Positions 23,292 to 36,447 are shown, counted from the first letter of the whole stretch. The stretch: 63,984 nt of DNA, filler included, from Mitosporidium daphniae (GCF_000760515.2; 4 parts of 4 records of this genome joined end to end with filler, not necessarily neighbours in it); one strand, 5' to 3'. Translations and numbers: made by a program. Notes: generated by a model from the sequence alone, not told the origin.

Positions 23292-23857
23292 TTATTTAAG
23301 GGCCGATCGCTTCATACGCTGCTCAGCGATACGTTTGCGATCCTTGTTGAACAGATCTCTCAACTGTCGAATTTCTAAAATAAATAAAAAGCCCCCTAAA
23401 TACCTTCAAAATTCTTGGTTTTCCGGTCCCTTCGATAAAAATTTGGGATAATAGCAGGGTCCTGGTATTTATCCAGTCCCTCCACTGGTTTGACACTGGA
23501 TGGGTCGTAGAAAGCGAAAAGACAATCATTGGTGCTATGAGTGCAGAGTGTTGGTGCGGAATCAAGAGATGCAGCAATGTTTCGACCCCTTTTGTGAACA
23601 ACTGTGGTAAATCCGTCTTTATCAACGATCGGGGCCGAGTCAGAAAGATCTTTCTTTTTCTTTTTAGAGGCTTTGGAAAGAAGGTCGTCTTTTGCACGCT
23701 GTTCAAGAGCCATATCGTAAGAGCGGACAATTGCTTCACATTTAGAAACAAGAGCATCGATTGCCGAGTTTCTGGCACCAAAATTAATATTTCCACGGTG
23801 AATCCGCTGCGAATGATATGTCGCAATAAGCTCCGAAACAAAGCAGGTTAGAGGCAT
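23292..23857 (-). CDS. RRP7: rRNA-processing protein Rrp7 (C-terminal domain)
   Basis: DKDGFTTV, NFYR, then after an intron EIRQLRDLFNKDRKRIAEQR. Confidence 0.75.
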
Positions 23858-23896
23858 ATAAAAAATTAAATTTTAATTGAAAATAAACGAACATAC

Positions 23897-24864
23897 ATGG
23901 GCTCCTCCATAATTGAGGACAAAATATTTAGAAGTATATACAATTGCATTCGAAAATATTACGACGCTTCAGCTTCCAGGGAAATAATATTTTCATTCGA
24001 TGCAAGCTTCTTTTGTGGGAAATTTCCGGGCGTCAACAGGAATACCCTTGAGGCTATATTCCGCCTTTTTTGGCAGCGGCGTATTCTTCTGCATGCTCAT
24101 ACCTTTAAGGACCGGTCTGGGCCAGCGTCGGATCTGCTTGCAAAGTTTCCTTTTAATATTAATGATAGAATCACAGAGGTCCCACATTCAATTATGGAGA
24201 TCTCCATTCGATTCATGATGCCGCCTTGCTTCATAATCCGAGTTGTTTTGGGAGAATTTATTCGGTCGTCCAATGAATCTTTTGACCCTGTTGCGTTAAA
24301 GGGTTGGATGAACGCCCCTCATACAATTCCAAATGCTTCTTTGTCCAAGGCAGCGTTGTTAGCAATAGAGGCTGATGAGATTGCCTCTCCCCTGGCCGAT
24401 GCAAAGAAACAGTGGGCGGTTGTAATGGTAACCATCATAGCGAGACTGGGATGCAGTATGAACAGGCTTTGATACAGCTTGTGTCTAAACTTGATCTGCC
24501 GTTCATCGAGGAACAGGGTATGAGAAAATTAGGATATCCCAAAACGCCGGACATTTTGCTGCCTGTTCCGATCGGTAGCGGTTTGTTGTTGTTATCTTGG
24601 CTAGCATTCGGCAACTTTGTTTCAAATTGGATTGAAAGTAAGGCCCTTTTTGGGGATATAAAGACGCACGAAAGATATCTAAAAAATCAGTATTTGACTT
24701 ACTACAACAGGTATGATCCACTGGTGGCCATAATGTGTAGATATGGGCCTGGAATAGTGATCTACTGGTTTGGGTTTACCAAGGAAATCCTCAATTTCAC
24801 AGAATCCGTCATGGTTGTAGATTCGCTTCCAGAACATATCACCATGCTTACGGCGGACGAGTAG
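23897..24864 (+). CDS. CDIN1/C15orf41-like (TPD-motif) nuclease-fold protein
   Basis: GYPKTPDIL, NWIESKALFGD, YYNR, YGPGIVIYWFGF. Short introns. Confidence 0.88.
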
Positions 24865-24942
24865 ACCCCGTAGTCCTTGTATTTATTATAAACCAGTGTA
24901 GCATCATAAAGACTAGCACAAGGACCCCTTAATGAAATTTAT

Positions 24943-25856
24943 TTAATTGCTCAGAGCGATTCGGGAAATACCTTCGGTGATGTGTTGAGGGCGCAGAGTA
25001 AAGTCTTGGGTTTCCACGGTAACGTTCATATGATTTTCATCCTCTTTGGGCTCATAAATAAGGACTTGATCTGGGAGAGGTTTTTTAGGACCAGTGCGAC
25101 CAGTTGGATCGTATGGAAGCATAATTTTAACCTTTACACCCAAAACACCTTGACGAAGAAGGACGTGGCGCGTAGCGGAATCAATATAATCGGCAGAAGG
25201 TTGACCGGAGTGGACCAAAAATCCGTCTGAAAATTTCATTGCCTTTGCACGTTGTCCACGGATTTTACCAGAGACAATAACCTCACAGCCTTTAGCACCA
25301 GCTTCCATAGCATAACGAAGGACAGAATAGCATGCTTTTCGCACAGCAACGGACGCAAGGAGCTTGAAGCGAAGAGATTCGCATTGGGCAATAGCACAAA
25401 GTCCACGATTCTCAACACGTTCAATGAAAAGCTCGATCTTGCCATCTTCAAATTGGAAGCGCTTTTGGATGAGCATGGTGAGCTCTTTGATGCGCGTTCC
25501 ACGTTCACCAAGGACCAAGTTTGGTCTAGTGGCTCTAATGATGATTTCTGTACGATGTGCGGTGACTTTGATCTGAAGGCCAGCATATCCAGCCTCCGAA
25601 AGCTGGCGAGTAAAGAACTCGTTCAACTCAGCATAGAAAACACCGTCAGCAACAAACTATGGCGTTAGGGTGAGAATATTGATGGATGAAAAACATATAT
25701 TTTAGCTCAGATGCCGGTCCATTACACTACATCGACCGAATACAAAATAGTCAATGTTCAAACAAGAGGTGTCAGAAATAAACTTTGCATCATCATTGCG
25801 AATGCTTTGAAAAAAGGGCTTACCTTGCGCTTAATATTCATCTTAATAGCTCCCAT
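24943..25856 (-). CDS. RPS3: 40S ribosomal protein uS3
   Basis: Exon 1 [11 protein letters not shown] (25824-25856), a 167-nt intron (25657-25823), then [14 protein letters not shown]...[11 protein letters not shown]...[11 protein letters not shown]. Confidence 0.97.
25707..25796 (-). ncRNA. Candidate intronic box C/D snoRNA in RPS3 intron
   Basis: Sense to the host gene: box C ATGATGA (25796-25790), D' CTGA (25775-25772), box D CTGA (25710-25707). The host intron is about 5-6x longer than typical introns here. Confidence 0.65.
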
Positions 25857-25979
25857 GGCTGTGTATCAAGTAGAATTACAAAAAATGAAAGAATTACAAC
25901 AGGCGCAAATTCACAATGTAATTAGTACATTTACAATTTAAACATTTAAAGTGCAATTAAAGGCCCCAATTTAATTTTG

Positions 25980-27546
25980 ATGAATAGACGTTTATCGGCA
26001 TCAACTTTGTTATCATCGTTATCAATCGTGCAAAATTCGGGCTTTTTTACAACTCACCATATACGGATTAGTACGCCAAAGTCGGATTCTTTTTTGAGCA
26101 TGAGAAATTTTTCAGACACAACCTTGTCCAATAGAACCGAACACTTGGTAATTATTGGGTCTGGTTGGGGAGCTTATCGGGCTCTTCGAAAAATTGACCA
26201 GTCAAAATATAGAATAACGGTTGTTTCGCCAAAGGATTATTTCGTATTTACTCCTTTTCTTACTGGCGCTTCGGTGGGCTCCATTGAAGATAGGGCGGCG
26301 ATAGAATCTATCAGAAACCAACAGTCTGGAGGCATGTTTTTTTCTGATAACCAATTTAGCTCTCTCCCACATACTGGCCTCCGTCACTGAAATTAATTTT
26401 CAAAAGCAAGTCTTAAAAGCCAATACAACGATTCCAGTAATATCGAACTCTTCTTCCCTCTTAGCCTCCGCTATCCCAAACGCCAAATTAGATATCGAGC
26501 TGTCATATGATAAACTGATTATTGCTTGCGGTGCCGTGGTGAATACTTTTAATACACCAGGCGTTTCAGAGCATGCGCATTTTTTGAAAGATGTGACTGA
26601 TGCACAATCGATAAGATCGAAAATTATGTCTCTGTTTGATGAAGCAGATATTCCTGGAACTTCTGAAGAACGGAAACGTTCTTTGCTTCACTTTGCCGTG
26701 GTCGGTGGCGGTCCAACAGGAGTTGAATTTCTTGGCGAACTTTACGACTTGGTCCATAATGACCTTAGTCGTGTATTCTCCAAAGATCTAATTTCACACG
26801 TCAGCATGTCTTTATTTGATGTAGCACCCAAGATTATGTGCACATTTCATCCTTCACTTGTGGAATACACAGTTGGGGAACTTCAAAAAAGGCCATTTAT
26901 TTCAATAAGAACGTCAACATCCATCTCAAAAATATCAAAAGACGAAATTTTTGTAAAAAGCCCGAAAGAGGAAATAGTTCCGTATGGCTTTCTATTGTGG
27001 GCAACTGGGGTTTCTCCGTCCCAACTTACACGCTCACTGGCATCTTCTCCGCGTATTGAAGGAAGACCAGTCATCGATTCCAAGTCAGGAAGACTCCTAA
27101 CCGACGCATATTTAAGGGTTATGCGAGAGGAATCGTCCAAATCGGTTCCATTCGCTAATGTTTGGGCTATCGGTGATTGTGCTGGCCCCGAATATCCCCC
27201 CACTGCTCAAGTAGCTAAACAAAAGGGCGAATATGTTGGAAGCTTAGTCAATAAGCTTCATCTTGACAATGATATTAACGAGAATAGAAAGATTCGTCCA
27301 TTCGTCTATAAGGACAGAGGCTATATGGCCTACATTGGGAAAGGAAAAGCTGTTGTTGGGCTTAGTGTTATCGGAAAAGACCTACGTCTTTTCAGTGGAA
27401 AATTTGCCAGACTCCTTTGGGATTCAGCTTACCTCTCCATGTTGACTTCTTGGAGGAATCGAGTTCTTGTTCCTCTGTATTGGACTCTTGCCTCATGGTT
27501 TGGAAGAGAAATTTCTTGCATAAAGAAAAATCCAACTATAAAATAA
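25980..27546 (+). CDS. Type II (alternative) mitochondrial NADH dehydrogenase, Nde1/Ndi1 family
   Basis: Presequence-like N-terminus, IIGSGWG, FVFTPFL, VVGGGPTGVEF, AIGDCA, PPTAQVA. One short intron. Confidence 0.93.
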
Positions 27547-27551
27547 AACGC

Positions 27552-28691
27552 TTACCAAATTTTCTCAACTAAACAAAGGAGTTCTGGCATTTTTATCCGA
27601 AAACAGGGATTCTTAACAAGACATTTGAGCGCAATTGAGCGCCAATGGCTCCACCCATCAGAGGACTCCGTTTGAGACGGCGGGGACTCCGGGATTTCTA
27701 CCTGAGAATCCGCATTGGTGATTAGGGAAACTTTTTCTTTTAGCGATATTTGGCTTGAAAGGGAGAACGGCAGCTTTCCAACCAACATTTCATGAAGAAT
27801 GCACCCCAGCGCCCAAATATCAGCTGCGGTTCCCATTTCAACAAATGAGGATGCTACAGGGAAATCCACAATGGACACCTTCAAAGATTCTGGCGCCATA
27901 TATGAAAGCGTACCCATTTGGGTGTCTTTGTCAACAAGAACAACGTCATCCTCGTTTACAATCCATTTAGAAATGCCGAAATCGATTAGTTTTAACGTTG
28001 CCCCTTTGCATAGGACAAAGTTTGAGGGCTTTACATCACAATGGATAAGATTAGAAGAGTGCAAGCAAGCAACGCCTCGCACCGCCTATAAAAAGAGATT
28101 TCATCGGATACCTGTGGAAAAAAATATGCAATAAATCGAAGATCGCCTAGTAGAGTTAGGTCACCAAGGCATATGATAAACTTACCAATTTTTTCCGATG
28201 TCAATAGCGCCGAAAGGGTGGCCTCTCCTCTTTCAAGGATGATGATTTCTCTTGCAATGGAGGCATCAATCAGCTGTATACAATGTGGCTTTCCAACCAA
28301 GTTTTCCAGAATTCGTTGCTCATGTTCGCAAAAATTGAACCCCGAATTGGAGGATGTAGATGAGCGCGAAAATATCTTAATAGCGACCAGCTTGGAATCT
28401 TCGACGCAAAATGCGGAGTATATTTTCGCGGAAGCACCACGCCCTATTTCGCACAAGAGGCAATAGGTTTTGTCGTTTAGAACCTATGTTTACATGAGGC
28501 TAGCTTTGTACCATAAATTTCAGCCTTGACGAGTTATTTGTTGTTGTCAAGCCGAGGGCTGATGGTTTTTGTGGAGGATCTGCAAGTTCGGCCTCGCTTG
28601 GCTTGGTGGATTTGAGAGGAGGACCTTTGGATTATAAAAAGGCAATACCCAATAGGCCCCTTGAGCGTTTCGTTGATTTTCCGTCATCCAT
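27552..28691 (-). CDS. MPS1: Mps1/TTK-like protein kinase
   Basis: IGRGASAKIY, VAIK, IHCDVKPSNFVL, LKLIDFGIS, KDTQMGTLSYMAPE, DIWALGCIL. Confidence 0.72.
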
Positions 28692-28796
28692 GATGGCCAA
28701 GAAGAAACGCTACACTATTTTGCAAAGTTCAAACATTTTCAATAATTTTATTTGGCTGTAAGGGAATTCCAAAACATACAACGTTATATTTAAACA

Positions 28797-31700
28797 TCAT
28801 GTGGACGCCAGAGTTGTGTACAGCTGAGAAAGATCAGAAAAGGAGGAAATCTCGCTGCGAGCCATTCTTTTTGCCGAAGACGACCAGCACGTATATACAA
28901 ATGACCATAATAAATCGTGAAGCTCATTTCTGGGGACCGACGAGAGATTTCCCAACTTTTCTTTGGCCTCCTCAGAGTTTAGCAGTAGGGAATCAATATG
29001 CATGCCAACGTTAAATAAAATAGACCTTTCTTTAGCAAGGACAAGCTCGTCATTATCTTCAAGCTCGGTTTCATCACTTGGAACCGGTTTTTTGACATCA
29101 GTCGTGTCACTAGAAGCGTCATCAATCTCATACTTGTCATTTTCATCGTTATCATCAAGCATCAAAAGATAAGTTTTAACGGGCAAAAAGAGCCTTTTGA
29201 ATATCTTTCGATATTCGGCTGGAAGATTTGCATCCGAGTTGGATGGGCCGGCTGAGGATTGCGAAGGTGCGGTCCTCTTTGGTCTGAACTCGAGCTTTTG
29301 CTGATGAACCCCAGGTGATCTTTTAGGAGCACATGTGTGATGCTCTTTTTTTGCCTCTTTTTTGGAGGTTTTTTCAGGCCTGTTGGCCAGTAACACGGTG
29401 AGCAAGTAGTCTGCTCTTCGCTTTAAATGTTCCTCTGTAGGTGCAGGTCCTTTAAATGAGGATCCTTTGCCAAGCAATTTTACCTTCTTCGAAAGGGGCT
29501 GCGACGAAGCGATAACATCGATCCAATTCCCGTATCCCTTCGATACGACGCCACAAAGCAATGCAGCATCATCCTTCAGCTGCCATGGAATGCTCCAGTT
29601 TACCGGGGTTTTGAGGGTAATTTTCTTTTGACAAAGAAAAGCATGGACATTTGGATACGAGTCTGCTTGCGAGGAAGCAATCGCAAATAACAGATCCAGA
29701 CTTTCCAATCGCTTCAAAAATGAAACGGGAGATATGTTCAGCCCAAAAACCTTTGAAGAGGAAATCCCGGAATGCGAAACAGAGGCGTCCTCCTCAGAAT
29801 TCTTTTCAACCGCCAGTTGGTTCAATATTTCTTCAAGCTTTTCGCACAAAAAAGAATTCAACTCGGAAGTTGTACCAAAATTCAGATATTTGCATGCCAG
29901 CATACTTTGTTCCTTGTTTTCTTCGTGATTAAGCAAAAGCCCACGATGTCCAAAAGCAGAGAGCTGATAAAGAACCCATCTCATTTGTGGATAAAGATTG
30001 GACTTTACCGCTGCATTGTTGGCCTCAACTTCACTTCCAATGCGCCCACTGATCGATGCATTCCACAGGGTTAAAATTCCGGAGGAAGTCGACGAATATG
30101 ACGTCGATTCAAGGGAAGGTTTTTCCCTTTCTTCCCTTTTCATCGGGGCAGTGGCTCGAGCTCCTCGCTTGCGGTTTTCCTGCTGAAGCTCCATTGCCTT
30201 GATCCTGTCAGACTCTTCTTGAGCAACACGATTGCCAAGGGCGAGCTCGGATTTTGGAATGATCTCAGACCATGCAAGTGCGCCAGACAAGTCTGCAACA
30301 CGGAAGGAATCCAGAAATGACTCATCTTCGGCACTGGATTGCGAGAGCCCCACTTCCTCTTTGGTAAGATTGTCTTCTGCTTTGATCAGAATGGTATCTA
30401 AATCGAGCATTGCCGTTGAAGCGGGCCGAGAAAAGAGTAGCTGTAAGGTTCCGGAGTGACTGGCGCCCTCCGCAGTGGCTGTGGTCGTTGAAGAGTCATC
30501 CTCAAAGTGCTGAGCAGATGTATCGAAGGAATTCGTAATCATAATTTGGGCAAATAGAGATGAAGAATCATTAAGGAGGCCAGTGTCTGCATGCTCCTGA
30601 AAAAGAGCCTTGGCTCCAAACTGCAGAATCTTTTGAAACTCTGCTGAAGAATTGGACGAGGGAGATGTTAGCGAAGACGATGTCTTTGAGCGGTCCATTT
30701 TTTGGATCACAAGGTGATCAAGGACCATTTTCTTTTTTGCTCTCTCTAGAATTTGCTCCTCAACGGTTCCCTTTGAGACAAGGCGGTATACGGACACGGC
30801 CTTTGTCTGCCCAATTCGATGGCATCTAGCCATTGCTTGGAGATCGTTTTGGGGATTCCAATCAGAATCAAAAAGGATGACCGTATCAGCTGTGGTCAAG
30901 TTGATACCTAATCCACCGGCCCTTGTAGATAATAAAAAAACCGGAAGCGCTGCTCCGGAAGAGTTGAACCTTTCAATTTGCTTGTTCCGATCCGCAGAAG
31001 AAGTTCCTCCATCAAGCCTGCAATGTCGAATGCAACGTAGCGTGAGAAACTCGCTCAAAATGTTCAACATCAAGACGGATTGCGAAAAAATCAAAATACG
31101 ATGCTCCTCTGCAAGAAGGCGCTTTAGTAGAGCATCAAGAAGCACCATTTTGCCGGAATGAAAAATTATGCCCTCCGAATCCATGTCCCGAGCAATTTGA
31201 GTAATCGGCGAGTTAGAAAAAAGATATGGATGAGAGGAAGCTTTTCTAAGCTCGTTCACAATATTAAGGAGCGAGGCGGACCCCTTAGTTCCGGCATTTC
31301 CATAGCTCCTGTTCAATTCCGAATAATTTCGTGTCAGAATCCATTTATAAAGCCGCTTTTGAAGCGGAGACAATTCAACTCGTAATATCCGCTCCTGCTT
31401 CATTGGTAGTGATTTTTCAACATCTTTTTTTAGCCTCCTTAAGAAATGTGGCTTGAGCGAGGTGTGTAGTTGCTCGAGCACCTTTGAGGAGTCTTCAGAA
31501 CTCATCATTTCAGAAAGAAGCATTTGATCTTCCATTTTGAATTTATCTGGTTCCAAAAAGGAAAGCAAAGCATAAAGCTCTTGAATCGAATTTTGCAAGG
31601 GGGTGCCCGTTATCAAAAGCCTATTTGCAAAAGAAAATTCCTCCCGCAGGGTCCGATAAAGCAAGCTATTTACGTTCTTCAAACGATGGGCCTCATCTAC

Positions 31701-33912
31701 AACCAGCAACGACCATTTTATCGATGAAGATCCCAAAATTTGCTTGTCTTTCATAACAAGCTCATATGTGGTTAAGAGGACGTTAAATGAAAGGTTTCCT
31801 TTCTTGCGTGAGAACATTGTATTGTTTCCCGGGCTGTTTATCGCAGTTGAGCCATCATAGAAATCATAATCCAGTATGACTTTTCTGGACAATCCATCCC
31901 CCAAATATAAAAGAGTGCGAAGAGAGGCAGGTGCCCATTGTTCGAAGGTCTTCTTCCACGCTTGAATGGTAGAAAGAGGCACAATTACGATGAAAGGCCC
32001 ATCTATCTCCATTACCTCGAAAAGATACACAATAAGGGCTACAGATTGGATGGTCTTTCCCAGCCCCATTTCATCGGCCAAAAGCGTATTTATATTCCGA
32101 TGCCAGGCATATGAGAGCCAATTCAAGCCAGCCAATTGATAATCTCTCAAAACTAGAGATCCATCTTTGTCATTTCCGGAGCCAATCCATGCCGGTTGCT
32201 CCTCCATTCGCACAAAAACGGGCCGATTTTTTGGATTGGTGATTAGCGGGGATGGTAAAGAAGTCGATGGGAATCTCACAATCGATGATTCGGCCATATT
32301 TTTGATGGCCTCCGCCAGAGCTGGGAAGGTCCAATCATCTAGGGTGGATTCCCAGGTAGATTCTGAATATGGCAGGTTGCACCATTTGATCAGAACTTCT
32401 TCTGGATGTCTGGAGAGAATCTTTTCAGGAACCATCCAAGATCTCCATTGGACAATCAAGAGTTCTCGCCCTATAATTGTATATTCATGTGGGTCCAGGG
32501 TTTCTTCTCCATTCAGACCAACCGGGTCAAGTTCAGAAAGCTCTTCCCTTTCGGGTATCCCATCAATAATGTGCTTTTGAATGTATATGTCTGCCTTTTT
32601 GTACAACTGGCATCTGGAAGACATCTGGTGATAAGGGACCCAGGAATTCCACCAATGTGAGCGATCTTTCCATTTTATAAGCAATAATAGTCGTTTTGAA
32701 GCAATGATTTTCCTCATCGAAATTGGAGAAAGAGAGGATGGTATGGTTCTTTGGCTAATCCCAGCCTCTCCAGTTGCAAGACGATCAATCCAAAACAACT
32801 CCTCTTCATCACCATTTGCATTTTCTCCACTTGAGAGGTTAGAAGAAGACAATTGGGATTCTGAAAGCCATATATGATCCATAATACGATCGATATGAAT
32901 GGCTGGCTCTATGAAATAATAAAATGCAACGCTCCATACCATAAATAGTAGAAACGAGGCCATCCAAGCATCTAAATGGCTGTTGGAATTGAGGTTTGGA
33001 TGCAGCTTTAGATTTGGACTTTTTCTTTGAAAAATAGTCCTTTGCATCATTATCTTCAAAATCGCCATCGCTTGAACTGGGATCGTTTTCAATATCAGAA
33101 CTATCATCGACAATAGAGGAGCGTCTATTTCTTCTTGAAGAGGATGAAAATGCTTTCTCATTTTCAACAGACGAGGATGAGAAAGAGCCGCTATTATCAA
33201 CGATAAGGTCGTCATTATCGTTTTCAAAATCGGCAATATCATTTTCTTTATAGCTAACTTGAGGTCTTGCTCTGGAAGAAAATCTTCTAAATGAGACATC
33301 AGTTGATCCAGAGAGATAGGCTCTTTTCCTTCTTGTAGAAACATCATCAGCATCAGAATCAGAATCATCATCCTGCAGTTCATCATCAGAGTAGAGTGTG
33401 TTCTTCTTTCTATTTCCCATGGTAGAATTAAAATTCCGCTCCGCGTCATCGATAATTGCCTCCTTCCTATATTTTGGCTGGTTGACACCAAGATACCGGA
33501 GTGAACGACGAGGTGCCTCGCTTGTCACGTTGCTAGAGATATCAATGTCACTACTATCCCTTACAAGAATATTCTCGTTGTCTGATGATGCTGAGGAAGA
33601 CGAAAAGTCGATCGATTTAGATGATCGATGGCCAGAAGCATCAAATGGATCTGTGTTTGGAAAGGAAATTTGAGGCTCATATTTAAACCGCAATCTTGGA
33701 GGCAATGCAGAAATACTTGGAATCTCAGGATGGGGCGGTATCTCCTTTCCAATGCAGGACGAATAAATTACGCGCTCCGTAGAAGGACGGTTATCAATGG
33801 CCGCAGTGGAGGGGATAATTTCCTCCTCTTCATCTCTTTTCCCATTTTCAAATAGTGGATTGAAAGACACAGAATCTAATGTATCGCTTTCATTGCTTGA
33901 ATATGAATTCAT
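28797..33912 (-). CDS. CHD1: Chd1 chromodomain-helicase chromatin remodeler
   Basis: Two chromodomains, LADEMGLGKT, DEAH, DWNPQNDLQAMARCHRIGQ, SLIDE-like HLKRRADYLL. A 31-nt intron (32909-32939) joins the two listed ORFs. Confidence 0.95.
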
Positions 33913-34068
33913 TTTGGACTTAATCGATCTGAACGATTACTGATGGAGAAAATAATAAAATTTAGTAATTTTAAAATCCAAATTTTTTATACCGCTTTTC
34001 AGAATGTTTCTAATGTATTAAGTCCAAAATGAATTCATATTCAAGCAAAAAAAGCGATACATAAGATT
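33873..34068. repeat. 52-bp inverted repeat (arms 33873-33924 and 34017-34068)
   Basis: The right arm is the reverse complement of the left with 3 mismatches and runs into the gap. Confidence 0.9.
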
Positions 34069-34168
34069 NNNNNNNNNNNNNNNNNNNNNNNNNNNNNNNN
34101 NNNNNNNNNNNNTTAATTAATTAANNNNNNNNNNNNNNNNNNNNNNNNNNNNNNNNNNNNNNNNNNNN
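34069..34168. other. Assembly gap with artificial TTAATTAATTAA linker
   Basis: 100-nt N block with linker. Confidence 0.97.
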
Positions 34169-36384
34169 CTATCTCAGAAACTTTTCGATATGACGCCGAT
34201 GACGACGTACCTCTAATTCAGTTGCTTAAAAAGACATCAACAAAACCACAGCCAAGTTCTTTGAAGCGAAAAGGAAAAAAATTGGTTAAGACGGAAACGA
34301 CATCCTCAGAATCGAATGACGTATGTACCGGGATGAAATCAAAAAAAGACCGATCTATTGCCAAAAAAATCAAATCTGAAGATTATGTTGTCAAGCAGGA
34401 ATCCGACTCAGAAGCGAATAAGGGTTCTGTTGAGGAGGATGAGGAAGACCAATGGTGGCTATCTGAAAGCCTTGAAAATCAATCCTGCAATTGGGAGACC
34501 CTAGAACATAATGGCGTTTGCTTCCCCCCGGCCTATGTGCCACATGGGGTTAAATTGAAATATAAAGGCATGGATATTGATCTCCCCCCTGAGGCAGAGG
34601 AGCTTGCAACGTTTTTTGCCGGTGTTATTGGTTCTCAATACGAATCCAACCCGATCTTTGTTAATAATTTTTTCAATGAGCTAAAAAGGTCTCTTGAAAA
34701 TACACCCTATGGGAAGCTAGTTGTCAATTTCGAAGATTGTGATTTTTCTCCAATATTTGAATATATCCAACAGCTTAGGGAACAAAAAAAAAATCGCACC
34801 AAGGAGGAGAAGCTTGAGGAAAAGAAGGCCAATGATGCGCTTGTCGAGCGGTATGGATATTGCTTGTTGGACGGGAAAAAAGAGAAAATTGGCAACTTCA
34901 GAGTTGAACCTCCTGGTCTGTTTAGGGGAAGAGGCCAGCACCCAAAGATGGGAAGCTTAAAGGCGTGTGATTTTATTTTATAACCTTTAGAAACGAGTTG
35001 TTCCTGAAGATATAACGCTCAACCTTGGCTATGCAGCACCAGTCCCACAAGCTCCTGAGGGGCATGCATGGGGAAATATCATTTGCGACCCATCAGTCAC
35101 ATGGCTCGCAACTTGGCATGACTCCATCTCAGGAAATGCCAAATATGTCTTTCTCTCAATGTCTTCCAAGCTAAAAGGGATGTCTGATTTAAAAAAATAT
35201 GAAAAAGCACGAGAGTTAAAGTCTTGTGTGGCTTCTATTCGTAAGAAAATCGAAGCGGAGCTTTTGGACGATGCCATGCCTGTCAAGCAACGAGCCACAG
35301 CAATTTGGCTTATAGACCGTTTGGCTTTGAGAGCCGGAAATGAAAAGGGAGAGGATGAGGCCGATACTGTTGGCTGTTGCTCTTTAAGGGTCGAACATAT
35401 CTCGTTTCAAATCAAACCAGACCCAGAGAATCGGAAACAGAAGCAATATTTCATCATATTTGACTTTCTTGGTAAAGACTCAATCCGCTATTATAATGAA
35501 GTCGCTGTTCCCAAAGTGATTTTCCAAAATTTAAAGACATTTGCAACATCGGCCAAAAAACAGAGACACGACCCGCTGTTTGAAGATTTGAATGTAAGAT
35601 TTTTCACGTTAATGTTTTAGTCATCCATGGTAAATAAATACTTGAATGGCCTTATGCCTGGACTCTCTGCAAAGGTTTTCCGTACCTACAATGCCTCCTA
35701 TACGTTTCAACAAGAACTGCAAAACACACCTGCTGTTGGAACAATGTCTGAAAAGATTCTTGCATACAATAGGGCAAATAGACAAGTCGCTGTTTTATGC
35801 AACCATCAAAAAACGGTTTCTAAATCTCATTCGGCTGTGATGGATCGACTACATGTCCGATTGAAGGTTATCAAGGCAGAACGCCGGTATATTAAACGAG
35901 AATTAGAAAGCAGGAATTGCAAGTCGCTTTCATCATCTTCTTCATCAAATGAGGAATCTGGGGTTTCTTCTTCCGGAGAAGACTGTGTCAAGTCCGAAGT
36001 CAAGTCCGAAGTCAAGTCCGAAGCCAAGTCTGAAGTCAAGTCTGAAGAAGAAAATGGGGATTCTCTTGACTCGTCTCAGGAGTCGGATTCTTTGAAGAAA
36101 ATCCATACATACTCTACTGAAAAGCTTGTCAAAAAGTTGGAAGTTTTAGGTGGCCGGATTTTGACGCTAAAAAACAACATCCTAGATAAGGTTTGCAGTG
36201 TTATTTATTTTAGGACGAAAATAAGCAAACGGCTCTTGGAACTTCAAAGCTAAACTACATAGACCCCCGTATAACGGTAGCTTGGTGCAAAAAGTACGAT
36301 GTTCCGCTGGAAAAGCTATTCTCAAAAACCTTAAGGGAGAAGTTCAAGTGGGCTACTAGCGTGGAACAGTGCTGGACATTTTGA
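34169..36384 (+). CDS. TOP1: DNA topoisomerase IB (5' end lost at gap)
   Basis: [42 protein letters not shown] and catalytic SKLNYIDPR. Introns at 34963-34990 (GC-AG), 35594-35620 and 36191-36213. Confidence 0.97.
35987..36046 (+). repeat. 12-bp coding tandem repeat x5 (VKSE/AKSE) in the Top1 linker
   Basis: gtcaagtccgaa units read directly. Confidence 0.9.
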
Positions 36385-36447
36385 TTGTATAAATTTTTTA
36401 ATAATCCCGTCAATAGTCTGGGCTAATTGCAAACAGTATGCTAATAT

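Noticed and set aside
32839..33491. Two long overlapping ORFs at the CHD1 5' end, suggesting a frameshift or dual coding
   Set aside because: A 31-nt GT-AG intron at 32909-32939 joins them cleanly.
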